Source of the DNA: Candidatus Woesearchaeota archaeon | GTDB taxonomy: Archaea; Nanobdellota; Nanobdellia; Woesearchaeales; UBA10216 | NCBI GenBank assembly: GCA_016188145.1 | Contig: JACPIJ010000068.1 | Location: forward strand, 1 to 42,278 | Length of the DNA stretch: 42,278 bases | Reading direction: 5' to 3' | Shown here: one piece after another, positions 8,791 to 18,518 of the stretch | Layout: every line of letters starts with the position of its first letter | Position numbering within the stretch: the first letter of the stretch is position 1 | Notes under the pieces: model-generated | Told to the model about the DNA's origin: nothing | The model's input: only the letters and a program-made list of their open reading frames with translations | Databases searched by the model: none | Translations under genes and position numbers: made by a program

Positions 8791-11025
8791 ATGCTTATAC
8801 CTGAATCCTTAGATAAAGCGGTTGCTGCTTGGGAACAGCACCGCGATGCGCAGTTCCCGATTTTCTCAGACATAACAGTAGAGACAGAGCCGAAGAAGGG
8901 CAAGCTAGGGAAAAATCCTAGGCAGCAGGCGCTCTGGTCGTTTTCAACTAACAACAAAAAGATACATGCCTACATCTTCAAGCCAGAGGACATTGAGATG
9001 ATTTTCAGGCAGGTTGTTGTGCCGCTATACGCAAAAGGAGCATACGGCAAGGACATGACTGCATTGCTCAAGGACCCCCAACATTTTGAGGCGTTTCTAG
9101 AGGCTATTGCGTTCCACAACAGCCTCTCCCTGCTAAACCACGAACTGCTCCACCCAGCGGGATGCCCAAACAGCAAGGAAGACGAGGAAAAGATTGACCT
9201 GGCGCTTTACGAAGGTGTAAAGGAGGCAATGCCGCAGCTCGGAGCAAAAGACCTCGTCCAAAAAGCAGGCAACGTAAGAAATTTTGTTTGGGACCACGTC
9301 GATGACCTGTTCCAGTACTACTTCATAACCACTGATACCCCTTACAGGAGAAACCTTGAGTCTGTGCTGGCAGCCAACAGCCACAGCGTAAACGGAACAG
9401 CAATTACCAAATTCCCAGAAGGCATAATTCCACTATTTGACGTTGTATCGGTCGCTTCTTTCAAAACAGCAGGTGCAACAGGCACAGTCCAGACGCCAAG
9501 CGCCCTTTACCCGCTTACAAGGATATTCTACGCTATGCTTTTCTGCGGCGACAGCGAGACCAGAAATGGAATATACGAGCATTTCATGCGAGCCATAAAA
9601 CAGTTCAGAGACCTCGACTACGCACAATTCACAGAGCAAAGGGCAAACAGCTTAATAAAAAAGGCGATGCTTGGCATGGTCTCGGAGCTTGATAGCTCTG
9701 AGCTAAGCGCGAAGGGCATAAGCTATTCGCAGTTTGAGGCCGCTGTTGATGGGATGTTCAAAAACATAGCAAAACCGCAGTACAGCTTACCACACCGTGA
9801 AGTTCTTGAAGGCCTGGCTGCAGTGCTGATGGACAAAGAAACAAGGTACAAAGCCGTAAAGGGCTTCATAAAGCCGCTAGCGCCTTACATTTCAATCCAG
9901 CATTCAGAGGACAGGCACGAGCACGACGACGAGGAAGAAGGAGGTGGAGGAGGGGCAAGCTCTGCCCTTGAAAACCTGCTTGGCCAGCTTCCAAAGGACG
10001 AGGCAAACCAGCTTCTCCAAGACATCGCAAACTCCGGCCAGCCGGCAACGGCAAAAGATGCAAAGCTACAGCTTCAAGCCATTGACGAGCATTACAAGCG
10101 CAACGCCAAAGAAGTAGCATTGAGAAGCCCGAAGCCTGAGGTAACAACAATAGACCTTGGAAAGGTGAAAGAGTGGCAGCCTGTGAGGTCAGAAACAGTA
10201 ACCGAGCAGGAGCTGCGCGACAATTACAACATTGATGCCCTAATAGAGTTTGCAGCAACTACAGGATTACCAGTGCTTCAAAAGCTTGACGAAAACAACT
10301 GGAAAATCAGCTACTTCGAAGAAAAAGAGTTACCGCTTACCTCGTACACTTTTCAAAGCACAGGAATAGAGCTGCCGCGGAATGTTGTCTTCGTTGTTGA
10401 CACGTCAACCAGCATGCTTGAAGGCGCCAGGCTATCGGGCGCATCACTGCAAAGCCAAATAGCAGCCCTTACTTCATCAAGGAATGGAAACCGCTTTGTC
10501 GGAACAGGCAACAAATACGATGCCCTGATGAACGTTGTCTACGGTCTACTGAAGACAATGGACAAGGCAAGCAAGGACTATGGTGCTCCTGTAGAGCTTG
10601 TTACTGTAAATTACTCAGGAACTACTGTGGCTAATGGACCTGTAAGCGTACAGGACGCACTATCACAGGCAGCAAGCCCTGTAAAGACCAACCTGTTAAG
10701 CCCGCAGCTTGGAGTAACAACGCTTGACGCACTAGTACTACAAAGCGTGGAAAAGCAGCTCCAGCCCGGAAAAACGGTCTGGCTGGTATTCTGCGACGGA
10801 GACTTGCGAGGAGTAACTACGCCAGTGTTCCAGCAATTTGCAAAACTTGCTGGGAAGAAGGACAACAGCATCGTCTACTTCCAGCTTTACGACCAGGGAG
10901 GGGCTTTTGGAGGCTTTATGAGCCAACTAGCAGCAGCCAGGCCGAACGTGTCCTATAACCACATAACAGACATGAACCAGGTAACAAAAGCTGCAATGAG
11001 CGTGCTGGTAAAATACGCCAAATGA
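8791..11025 (+). CDS. HExxH metallopeptidase-like domain plus C-terminal VWA domain protein (MoxR partner)
   Basis: ATG at 8791 after GGTGA; LNHELLHP; acidic/Gly linker; MIDAS VVFVVDTSTSM and FCDGD. Confidence 0.8.
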   Translation: MLIPESLDKAVAAWEQHRDAQFPIFSDITVETEPKKGKLGKNPRQQALWSFSTNNKKIHAYIFKPEDIEMIFRQVVVPLYAKGAYGKDMTALLKDPQHFEAFLEAIAFHNSLSLLNHELLHPAGCPNSKEDEEKIDLALYEGVKEAMPQLGAKDLVQKAGNVRNFVWDHVDDLFQYYFITTDTPYRRNLESVLAANSHSVNGTAITKFPEGIIPLFDVVSVASFKTAGATGTVQTPSALYPLTRIFYAMLFCGDSETRNGIYEHFMRAIKQFRDLDYAQFTEQRANSLIKKAMLGMVSELDSSELSAKGISYSQFEAAVDGMFKNIAKPQYSLPHREVLEGLAAVLMDKETRYKAVKGFIKPLAPYISIQHSEDRHEHDDEEEGGGGGASSALENLLGQLPKDEANQLLQDIANSGQPATAKDAKLQLQAIDEHYKRNAKEVALRSPKPEVTTIDLGKVKEWQPVRSETVTEQELRDNYNIDALIEFAATTGLPVLQKLDENNWKISYFEEKELPLTSYTFQSTGIELPRNVVFVVDTSTSMLEGARLSGASLQSQIAALTSSRNGNRFVGTGNKYDALMNVVYGLLKTMDKASKDYGAPVELVTVNYSGTTVANGPVSVQDALSQAASPVKTNLLSPQLGVTTLDALVLQSVEKQLQPGKTVWLVFCDGDLRGVTTPVFQQFAKLAGKKDNSIVYFQLYDQGGAFGGFMSQLAAARPNVSYNHITDMNQVTKAAMSVLVKYAK

Positions 11026-11034
11026 GTGATAAAA

Positions 11035-12174
11035 ATGGCATTTGACCAGCTTACCGAACACCTCGGCAATGAACTCTCTGACCTTGAAGGTAAAGTCTCC
11101 GCAGCAGTCATGGAGCGCCTCGAAGCTTACGACGCCATTACTTCTTCGGAATTCTACCTGCCCGTAATCGACTATTTCTTCCTTGCACACCAGCAAGGAG
11201 GCAAAAGCCACATTGACCTGGCGAGAGAGGTTGGAATTGGAAAGAGCACAGTGAGGAAAATATTTCTTCTTTACGGCTTACCGATAGTTGGCAGGGCAGA
11301 AGCCACCAAAAGAAAACTGGCCGACCCCGATTACCAAAAGAGAGTTGCACAGACCTCAAGGGAAACAATGTACCGGCTGAAGCAGGACCCTGAATTCCGA
11401 AAGAAGCAAGCCGCCGCTAGTAGCGCAGTTTTTCATAATCTTTGGGACAATCCTGAGTTTGCCCAGGAAGTTGCAGAAAGGGGAAGGAAGCAATTTAACG
11501 AAAGGTGGAAGGATGCCGGATTCAGGCAGCGGCAACATGACGGTCTGGAAAAGGAGCTTGAAAAAAGGTGGCACGACCCGGAAGCCAACCCTGCCTTCAG
11601 AGAAAGGTTTGCAGAAACCCATAAAAAATCAACAAGGCAGCTATGGGAAAATCCGCAGTTTAGAAAGAAGATTGCCGAGGCATCAAGGGATGCAAGATAC
11701 CGCCCTGAAGGCCTGAATTCAAGAACGCACATTCCTTCAATTCATGGCTACAGGCGCGACATAGGATTTTACGCACAATCAATGTGGGAGGCAAACCTTG
11801 CAAGGGCATTCATGACCAGCCATGCCAACTTTTCAAGAAGGCAAACATTCCAGTTGAGGGTTCCCGAAGAGCACAGGCAAGCAATTGGCTCAGAAAAAAC
11901 AGATCTCACTGTTGACTTCGCGGTACGTGACCCCAAAACCCACAAGGTGACATTGTATGAGGTAATGGCGCACCCTCTCGAAGCACCTGTAGGCAGGATA
12001 AAACTCGAGCTGCTGCGGCAGCAGTTCCCGCAATTCAGGGTTGTGGCTGTCGATCCAAAATATTACGAAACGTTAAGAAACGAATTTGCCGCAAAAATAA
12101 GCCGTTCGGGATGGCTTTGCGGCTGGGAAACAACAAAGGACAACCTGAGAACAAACCCTGAAAAATACGCGTGA
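11035..12174 (+). CDS. HTH plus ~20-aa helical repeats plus PD-(D/E)xK-like domain (homing-endonuclease-like architecture)
   Basis: HTH SHIDLAREVGIGKSTVRK; six (W)xxPxF(R/Q)xx repeats; GYRRDIG..QSMWEANLAR...VDF...YEVMA. Confidence 0.6.
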   Translation: MAFDQLTEHLGNELSDLEGKVSAAVMERLEAYDAITSSEFYLPVIDYFFLAHQQGGKSHIDLAREVGIGKSTVRKIFLLYGLPIVGRAEATKRKLADPDYQKRVAQTSRETMYRLKQDPEFRKKQAAASSAVFHNLWDNPEFAQEVAERGRKQFNERWKDAGFRQRQHDGLEKELEKRWHDPEANPAFRERFAETHKKSTRQLWENPQFRKKIAEASRDARYRPEGLNSRTHIPSIHGYRRDIGFYAQSMWEANLARAFMTSHANFSRRQTFQLRVPEEHRQAIGSEKTDLTVDFAVRDPKTHKVTLYEVMAHPLEAPVGRIKLELLRQQFPQFRVVAVDPKYYETLRNEFAAKISRSGWLCGWETTKDNLRTNPEKYA

Positions 12175-12313
12175 CAGCCGCGTTGTGGCAGCCGACCTTT
12201 GCAAGTATTTCGTTCTCCTGACTGATTGGTAGTTTGCTGCGGCAGAAGTGGCTTCACTCGCGTTTTTCTGTTTTTTACTAATATTTATAAACCGAACTTT
12301 GGAAATTACTGCA

Positions 12314-12796
12314 ATGGACGTTGAAATTGACATCAGCGAAAACCTCAAAAGGATCGATAAGGACAGCTTTTTGGGAGTTTGCAGCAAGGATAGCGCTTAT
12401 AGCAAAAGCGTCCAATTGCCTTCTTCTGTCAAGAAACGAATCAAAAAGTACCCAAAATTAAGGGCGCAAATTCATGTCGCTCTAATCTATACTCTTATCA
12501 AGGGCGATTTGCCAGCTTACACCTCAATAAAAATCTGTCCAGACGTGAGCAGAAATGCCATACATAACGGCTTGCTCAGCCTCTTCAAGAATAATCCGCA
12601 TTATCGCAAACTTCAAGCAAATGGTAAAATCAAAATAAGTCCAGTTGGTCATGACGAATGTGCTGTTCACGATTATGTCACTATGTTAAAAGCAAAAAAG
12701 TTGGAGCCGACATTTCGAATGACCCTTGAAGAGTTATATGAAATTTTAAATACGTTCAGGCATAGATGTCCTATTGAAACAACAGAAACAGAATAA
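12314..12796 (+). CDS. Hypothetical protein, possible RNase H fold (DUF3800-like)
   Basis: ATG ~25 nt after TTTATAAA; N-terminal strand ending in Asp (VEIDIS), second strand ending in Asp (IKICPD), late GHDECAVH. Family call is from recalled resemblance only. Confidence 0.5.
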   Translation: MDVEIDISENLKRIDKDSFLGVCSKDSAYSKSVQLPSSVKKRIKKYPKLRAQIHVALIYTLIKGDLPAYTSIKICPDVSRNAIHNGLLSLFKNNPHYRKLQANGKIKISPVGHDECAVHDYVTMLKAKKLEPTFRMTLEELYEILNTFRHRCPIETTETE

Positions 12797-12867
12797 GCAA
12801 AGACCGCCCAGTTCAGGGGATTTCGCCGATTTTGCCCTTTGCAGGGGTTCTCCAGCCAGCCTTTGCT
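12796..12867 (-). ncRNA. Candidate ~72-nt structured ncRNA convergent on the upstream gene
   Basis: On the minus strand AGCAAAGGCUG pairs with CGGUCUUUGCU (11 bp, two G-U); internal hairpin with GCAA loop; minus-strand TTTTATATAA at 12891-12900, ~25 nt upstream. Confidence 0.55.
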
Positions 12868-13005
12868 ATGTATGTGTGTAAGTTTCTTAGTTATATAAAA
12901 CTTACTATGATCAAATATCTATGTTAGATGGAAACAGTAACCTTTAAATAGAACCTGTTGTTTACTTTTTCTGGAAGTTTGGGGTTTTGTTTGGTGGTTT
13001 TTCGT

Positions 13006-13055
13006 CGCAAATCGGACAATGTCCGATTGCGCATTCCGCTAAAAGCGAAATTGCG
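13006..13055. repeat. Double-hairpin cassette, probable member of the dispersed repeat family
   Basis: Perfect inverted repeat AATCGGACA-A-TGTCCGATT followed by a CGC..CGCTAAAAGCG..GCG hairpin. Confidence 0.45.
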
Positions 13056-13129
13056 TTGTGGCAACTGCGATGTAGATTATTAGCGTCACGATTGTTAACT
13101 TATTTGAAAAGATGAAGGTGAATGGAAAA

Positions 13130-13483
13130 ATGGAACAGCCTGAAGGGCAGCAGATTAACATTGAAGTGCAGAACGGCACAGATTTCTTTGCGGACCAGGT
13201 AAGCGTGAGCCACAACCCGCTCAGGTTCATACTTGATTTCACGAGGACAACGCCAAGGATTGACGGCAGCACGACAGGGCAGCCGAGGCTTGTCATGAGC
13301 CACAATGTCGTAATGATAGACCCTTACCTCGCTTTGGAGTTTGTCAACGTCCTCAAGGACAACATTGCAAAATACGAGAAGCGCCATGGCAAGATAGCAA
13401 GGCCTGGCGCATTGAAAAAGCTTGACGAGGAAGCAAGGAAGGCAGGCAAGTCGGACGCCAAGAAGCAGGAATATTTTGGATAA
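13130..13483 (+). CDS. DUF3467 family protein
   Basis: FFADQVSVSHNPLRFILDF...P...F...LKDNIAKYEKRHGKI pattern; GGTGA upstream. Confidence 0.75.
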   Translation: MEQPEGQQINIEVQNGTDFFADQVSVSHNPLRFILDFTRTTPRIDGSTTGQPRLVMSHNVVMIDPYLALEFVNVLKDNIAKYEKRHGKIARPGALKKLDEEARKAGKSDAKKQEYFG

Positions 13484-13485
13484 TG

Positions 13486-13565
13486 TGACCTTTTTGCGAA
13501 ACCACGTCGTGCAAGCACGACGGGTCCCATCGCCATAGGCGATGTGGAAAGGTCAATCAAAAAAC
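13486..13565 (+). repeat. Dispersed hairpin repeat (TGACCTTTT...AAAGGTCAATCAAAA) enclosing two hairpins
   Basis: Ends match those of 15650-15722; internal cassette is homologous to part of the tRNA-Ser(CGA) intron. Confidence 0.75.
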
Positions 13566-13589
13566 GACGATTTCAGGAGGGATGTGAGG

Positions 13590-15224
13590 ATGGCACAGCA
13601 GATACAGCCGATATTTATTTTGCCGGAAGGCAGCCAGAGGACAACCGGAAGGAACGCGCAGCGAGCCAACATAATGGCCGCAAAAGCGGTTTCCGAGACA
13701 GTGAGGACTACTCTTGGGCCTAAGGGAATGGACAAGATGCTCGTCGACAACCTTGGAGACATTGTCATAACAAATGATGGAGTAACGATTCTTGAGGAGA
13801 TGAATGTTGAGCATCCTGCTGCAAAGATGATCGTTGAAGTAGCAAAGACGCAGGAAGACGAGATAGGTGATGGCACAACAACAGCGGTAGTTATAGCAGG
13901 AGAATTGCTGAAAAAGGCAGAGGACCTGCTTGACCAGGACGTGCACCCCACGGTAGTTGTGAGAGGCTACAGGATGGCCGCTGAAAAAGCGCTTGAGGTT
14001 CTCAACAAGATTGCCGAGCCAATCGCTGAAAAGGACACGGCAATGCTTGAGATGATTGCCATGACAGCAATGACTGGAAAGGGCGCTGAGAAGGCAAAGG
14101 AGCAGCTCTCCAAACTGGCTGTGAAGGCAGTCAAGGACGTTGCCGACCTGAAGGATGGCAAGCTCTCTGTAAACAAGGACAACATAAAGATAGAAAAAAA
14201 GGTTGGCGGAGCGGTTGAGGACTCTGAGCTTGTTGAAGGCATAATCCTTGACAAGGAAAAGGTCCATCCGGGAATGGCTGACGTTGTCAGGAATGCCAGG
14301 GTTGCACTGATTGACGTTGCTGTTGAAGTCAAGAGCACAGAGACCGAAGCCAAGATACAGCTCACGGACCCGAACCAGCTGCAGGGCTTCATCGACATGG
14401 AAGAGAAAATCCTCAGGGACAAGGTTGAAAAGATAGCAAAGTCCGGAGCCAATGTGGTGTTCTGCCAGAAAGGCATAGACGACCTTGCCCAGCACTTCAT
14501 GGCAAAGAAAGGAATGTATGCTGCCAGAAGGGTTAGCAAGAGCGACATGGAAAAGCTTGCAAGGGCAACAGGAGCAAAGATAGTCACCAGCCTTGAAGAC
14601 CTGTCTGCTTCCGACCTTGGAGCCTCAGGCGTTGTTGAGGCAAAGAAGGTTGGGGATGAAGACATGACCTTTGTCAAGGAATGCAAGAATGCCAAAGCGG
14701 TTACGCTCCTGATAAGGGGCGGGACAGCGCACGTTGTTGACGAGGTCAAAAGGGCGGTTGAGGACGCAATTGGCGACGTTGCAAGCGCGCTAGCAAGCGG
14801 AAAAGTGGTTGCCGGAGCAGGCGCAACCGAAATAGAGCTCGCACTGCAGCTCAGAAGGTATGCGGGATCGCTATCAGGCAGGGAACAATTAGCGGTAAAC
14901 TCATTTGCAGAGGCAATAGAGATAATCCCAAAAACACTTGCGGAGAACTCGGGGCTTGACCCCATAGACGTCCTTACAGAGCTGAAGAGCCAGCATGACA
15001 AGGGAAGGAAGTGGGCAGGCATAGACGTCTTCACAGGCAAAATAATGGATGCCTGGAAGGAAGGCGTTCTTGAGCCATTAAAGGTAAAGACCCAGGCCAT
15101 AAGTTCAGCAAGCGAAGTTGCAGGAATGATATTAAGAATAGATGATGTCATTGCCTCTGGAAAATCAGAGTCCAGAGGCCCACCAAGCATGCCCGGGCCA
15201 GAGGGAATGGGCGGTGACTATTAG
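13590..15224 (+). CDS. ths: Thermosome subunit (group II chaperonin)
   Basis: [31 protein letters not shown] and ILRIDDVI motifs. Confidence 0.97.
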   Translation: MAQQIQPIFILPEGSQRTTGRNAQRANIMAAKAVSETVRTTLGPKGMDKMLVDNLGDIVITNDGVTILEEMNVEHPAAKMIVEVAKTQEDEIGDGTTTAVVIAGELLKKAEDLLDQDVHPTVVVRGYRMAAEKALEVLNKIAEPIAEKDTAMLEMIAMTAMTGKGAEKAKEQLSKLAVKAVKDVADLKDGKLSVNKDNIKIEKKVGGAVEDSELVEGIILDKEKVHPGMADVVRNARVALIDVAVEVKSTETEAKIQLTDPNQLQGFIDMEEKILRDKVEKIAKSGANVVFCQKGIDDLAQHFMAKKGMYAARRVSKSDMEKLARATGAKIVTSLEDLSASDLGASGVVEAKKVGDEDMTFVKECKNAKAVTLLIRGGTAHVVDEVKRAVEDAIGDVASALASGKVVAGAGATEIELALQLRRYAGSLSGREQLAVNSFAEAIEIIPKTLAENSGLDPIDVLTELKSQHDKGRKWAGIDVFTGKIMDAWKEGVLEPLKVKTQAISSASEVAGMILRIDDVIASGKSESRGPPSMPGPEGMGGDY

Positions 15225-15283
15225 CGACTATTAGTTCGCTTAACAAACTTTACTTGCGTTTAAGTTCGTTTAAACAGCTATCA

Positions 15284-15303
15284 AGTATACATTAATGTAT
15301 ACT
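15284..15303. promoter_or_regulatory. Perfect 20-bp palindrome, candidate protein-binding site or terminator
   Basis: AGTATACATTAATGTATACT equals its own reverse complement. Confidence 0.35.
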
Positions 15304-15649
15304 GTTAGCTTTATTCGGCTATTTTCAAGCGTCGTTATTAACTTTTTCTTAGTGGTTTGGACCTATAATTAACAAAGTTTAAATAATAGAACCACTTACT
15401 ACTGACATCGGAGAGTTAAATTGGGGTAGTTAACTTTCACCGCATAAGTTTACAAAAATAGGTAAAAAACATTAATTTCGATGTTTATCACAAATATCAC
15501 AACTTAACGTTCCTGCCTCCTGGGCGTAGGCGTTTTGCACACCTCTTTTTCGCTTACGCCTTGGGGCTGGAAACTCTGAATTCTAACAGTTTTATTCGTT
15601 TAATTCTTCTTTTTACTGCTGCAAATTAAAAAAGTTTAAAAACTCAGCA

Positions 15650-15722
15650 TGACCTTTTAGGAAAATGTCACCGGAAAGGTGACATTCTTCGTCTCTAAGA
15701 CGAAGAAAGGTCAATCAAAAAC
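15650..15722 (+). repeat. Dispersed hairpin repeat enclosing two hairpins
   Basis: TGACCTTTT...AATGTCACC/GGTGACATT and TTCTTCGTCT/AGACGAAGAA...AGGTCAATCAAAAAC. Confidence 0.75.
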
Positions 15723-15742
15723 TACGAAAAGAGTGTGCTGTT

Positions 15743-16183
15743 ATGAGTGTTGAACGCATTGTGGGGCCCTCAAGCTCAAGGCCTGCTTCTGAGAAGGAGG
15801 CGCTGAAAGACAGCGTTGAAGAGCTAATCATGGTTGTGAGGACTCTTGTTGACGTTTTCGAAAAGGCAAAGGACGAGATAAAGGCAGAGCCGACCCAGCA
15901 GGTGCTTATGAAGCTCGATGAGCTTACCATTTACAACAAGCAGCTCATTGAGCAAAACAGGGAGATACTCCAGCAAACAGGCAAAGCGCTTCAGCAGAAC
16001 AAAGACATGGCGCATTCGCTTCTTACGCTTCTGGACCTTCACAGGGAGCATTTGCCGGAGATAGCGAAGCACACAAGGCTTTCATCAGAGATTAGAAGAA
16101 TGCCCCCTCCTGCATTCCCTGGCGCACCATTTTCGAGAACCAGGCATTTGAGGCAGCCGGGCAATCCTTTGCAGCAGCCATGA
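15743..16183 (+). CDS. Hypothetical coiled-coil protein with Pro-rich tail
   Basis: 146-aa ORF with helical heptad-like pattern. Confidence 0.7.
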   Translation: MSVERIVGPSSSRPASEKEALKDSVEELIMVVRTLVDVFEKAKDEIKAEPTQQVLMKLDELTIYNKQLIEQNREILQQTGKALQQNKDMAHSLLTLLDLHREHLPEIAKHTRLSSEIRRMPPPAFPGAPFSRTRHLRQPGNPLQQP

Positions 16184-16193
16184 GCGTCTTTAG

Positions 16194-16412
16194 GTGAGCA
16201 CTGCCATGTTTTCAAGCCCTTTAGCGCACTATTTCAGGCACGCCCTGTTGGCCTACCATGAAAGCGGCGGGAATCTCAGGCACAGGCTTCTTGCAAGGAG
16301 GGAACTGAATTCCCTGGAAGCCTCATGCTTGAAACTGCAGATGGAGCACCCCAGGCATCCGAAGATTCCGGTTCTGATTGAGCGGATAAGAAGCATGAAG
16401 GCGTCGCTCTGA
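16194..16412 (+). CDS. Small hypothetical protein
   Basis: 72-aa ORF directly after the previous gene; start uncertain. Confidence 0.5.
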   Translation: MSTAMFSSPLAHYFRHALLAYHESGGNLRHRLLARRELNSLEASCLKLQMEHPRHPKIPVLIERIRSMKASL

Positions 16413-16431
16413 ACCTGTAACTGCGCCTATT

Positions 16432-16623
16432 CTATAAGTCCCTGCCCATTAGCGTTCTTCTGTTGTTTGCCCTTGCCCGCTCTACCGCTTCCTCAACCAT
16501 TTTTTTGACTTTGGCATTTATTGCCGGGAGAAAATCCTCTGAAAGGTTGTTGACAGAGCAGCCCTTTTGCCTGCTTATCTCTTTTACGGCAGCCGATATG
16601 TTTGTTTTTACTACGAGCCCCAT
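16432..16623 (-). CDS. Small archaeal histone-fold protein (63 aa)
   Basis: AVERARANNRRTLMGRDL matches the histone-fold A..A....R(K/R)T....D signature; GGTGA before the ATG. Confidence 0.8.
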   Translation of the reverse strand: MGLVVKTNISAAVKEISRQKGCSVNNLSEDFLPAINAKVKKMVEEAVERARANNRRTLMGRDL

Positions 16624-16655
16624 TTTTATCACCGTCCAAAAAAATCTGGTTGAAT

Positions 16656-18365
16656 CTAGTTGTGGCAGTAAATGAACGACAGCTCCTTTTCGTTTTTGCT
16701 TTCCAACCTGCAAAAGCCGAACCTCGCAAACTGCACAATTTCTCCTGCCTTCACGTCAGCTGCCGCAGCTTCTGCCAGCCCCTTGCTTGTGTTTCCATCA
16801 GGCATCAGCACTTTCACGTTAAGAAGTCTTTTATCATCTGCAGGCAGCCAGTGTATGATGATGCTGCCGCTCATCCTGTAGCGCTCGTACTCAACCGAGT
16901 CAAACACAAAGCCGCTGTCAGACTTCCTGAGGTTGAGGCAGTCCATCAGCCTGACGAGTGAAGCGCCTTTCAGCTTTGAGATTGCGTCAAGGTCTTTCTT
17001 TGACAGGTAGAAAGTGTCGCTGACGGAAAACTGCCTGCTGCCACGTTCTGGCAGGTCAGGGTGGAGCTTAAGCTCTACTTTTTTCTGGGGAGCGCCTTTC
17101 ACAGTTACCTTCTGCGGATTTTCAATGTAAAAATAGCGGTTGCATTTCGGGTCAAGTACTTTCCTGTTGACTGCTGAAATCAGCTGCCAGTCAAAGTTTG
17201 TCTCTGTTGGCGAAAGCCCGACCTCAATCGCAAGCTCCCAGAACGTTTCAGGCTGCACTCCTCTCCTCCTGAGCGCTTTAATCGTGACAAGCTGCGGGTC
17301 ATCCCAGCTTTTAATTGCACCGGTTTCCATGAGCTTTCTTATCTCCCTTCCCTGAGTTACAGCTCCCCTGACGTTGAACCTTCCGTACTGGATTATGGTT
17401 TGCTTCGGCAGCTTGAGAAGGTCTTTGATCGTGTCCTGAAGCTCTATCCTCATTGTGCCGAACTCGCTGCTCCTCATAACATGGGTAATGCCCATCGTGC
17501 CGTCTTCGACTGAATTGGCAAAGTCGTACAGGGGCCAGACGCAGTACTTCGCCCCCTGCAGGTAATGCTCCTTATAAGTCACCCTGAACAGCACCGGGTC
17601 GCGCATAACATGATTGGGCGAGCCCATATCACCGTTCAGCCTTAACACAGCCTCGCCTTCCCTGTACTTTTTGTCAAGCATTCTCTTCCATTCCTCGATG
17701 TTTTGCTTAATGCCGTTCTTCCTGCAGCTGCAGCCAAACCCCTCATGACGAAGCTCCCTCATCTTCTCCTGGGTGCAGAAACAAACAAAGGCATTGCCCT
17801 GCCTTATCAGCTTTTCAGCCTGCTCATAAAGCGTGGGCAAGTCGCTGCTGATGCTGACAACCTTGACTGGCTGTATCATCAGGTACTTTATGTCTTCGAG
17901 CATCGCATCAGCATACTCTTTTTTTGCCATTTCCGGATTGGTGTCCTCAAACCTTACAAAGCACTTGCCATTGTATTTTTTAGCGTACATGTAATTTATG
18001 AGAAAGCTCAGCGCATGCCCTATGTGTGCATACTTTGAAGGCTCAGGAGGAATCCTTGTAACAACCTTGCCCATCACAGCATTCCTGAGCTCAGGCAGGT
18101 CCTTCCTCTCGGCCTTTCTCTTCTCAAGGAGCTCAGGCGCCAGCTTGCCAAGCTCCTCGACCTGCTTTTCAACATCAAGCCGGTTGACAGATTTAAGCAC
18201 GGCACTGACAGCAGCAGCTATTTCCTTTATCTCCGGCTTCAGGGAAGGGTTCTCGGCCAGAATCTTACCAATCACAGCGCCGGATGCAGCCTTGCCCCCG
18301 AACTGGGCAGCGTTCTGCAGGGCATACTTCCTTATCGTGGTTTCAATGTCTTTCGGCAGCGCCAT
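16656..18365 (-). CDS. gltX: Glutamyl-tRNA synthetase, archaeal type
   Basis: ALQNAAQFGGKA N-terminus, RIPPEPSKYAHIGH, RFEDTNP, QFARFGFCR. Confidence 0.95.
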   Translation of the reverse strand: MALPKDIETTIRKYALQNAAQFGGKAASGAVIGKILAENPSLKPEIKEIAAAVSAVLKSVNRLDVEKQVEELGKLAPELLEKRKAERKDLPELRNAVMGKVVTRIPPEPSKYAHIGHALSFLINYMYAKKYNGKCFVRFEDTNPEMAKKEYADAMLEDIKYLMIQPVKVVSISSDLPTLYEQAEKLIRQGNAFVCFCTQEKMRELRHEGFGCSCRKNGIKQNIEEWKRMLDKKYREGEAVLRLNGDMGSPNHVMRDPVLFRVTYKEHYLQGAKYCVWPLYDFANSVEDGTMGITHVMRSSEFGTMRIELQDTIKDLLKLPKQTIIQYGRFNVRGAVTQGREIRKLMETGAIKSWDDPQLVTIKALRRRGVQPETFWELAIEVGLSPTETNFDWQLISAVNRKVLDPKCNRYFYIENPQKVTVKGAPQKKVELKLHPDLPERGSRQFSVSDTFYLSKKDLDAISKLKGASLVRLMDCLNLRKSDSGFVFDSVEYERYRMSGSIIIHWLPADDKRLLNVKVLMPDGNTSKGLAEAAAADVKAGEIVQFARFGFCRLESKNEKELSFIYCHN

Positions 18366-18402
18366 ATCAACACCAAATGAAAAGGGTTCTGGGGAGCGTA
18401 TT

Positions 18403-18436
18403 TAAACCTTTTTGCCGAAAAAGGTTTATCAAAAAC
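18403..18436 (+). repeat. Minimal copy of the dispersed hairpin repeat
   Basis: TAAACCTTTTT-GCCG-AAAAAGGTTTA-TCAAAAAC. Confidence 0.65.
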
Positions 18437-18518
18437 GGTTGAAGTTTACCACAGCCACTGTTTTGTCAGAAGGTTTATTAAGTTACAACTTGAAATGCTA
18501 TTCATGGAGGTGGCTTGA

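Noticed and set aside
12175..12255. Imperfect hairpin after the nuclease-like gene
   Set aside because: Pairing is loose and could be a terminator or chance; not enough support.
13967..15190. Long minus-strand ORFs (407 aa and 312 aa)
   Set aside because: Antisense shadows of the thermosome gene.
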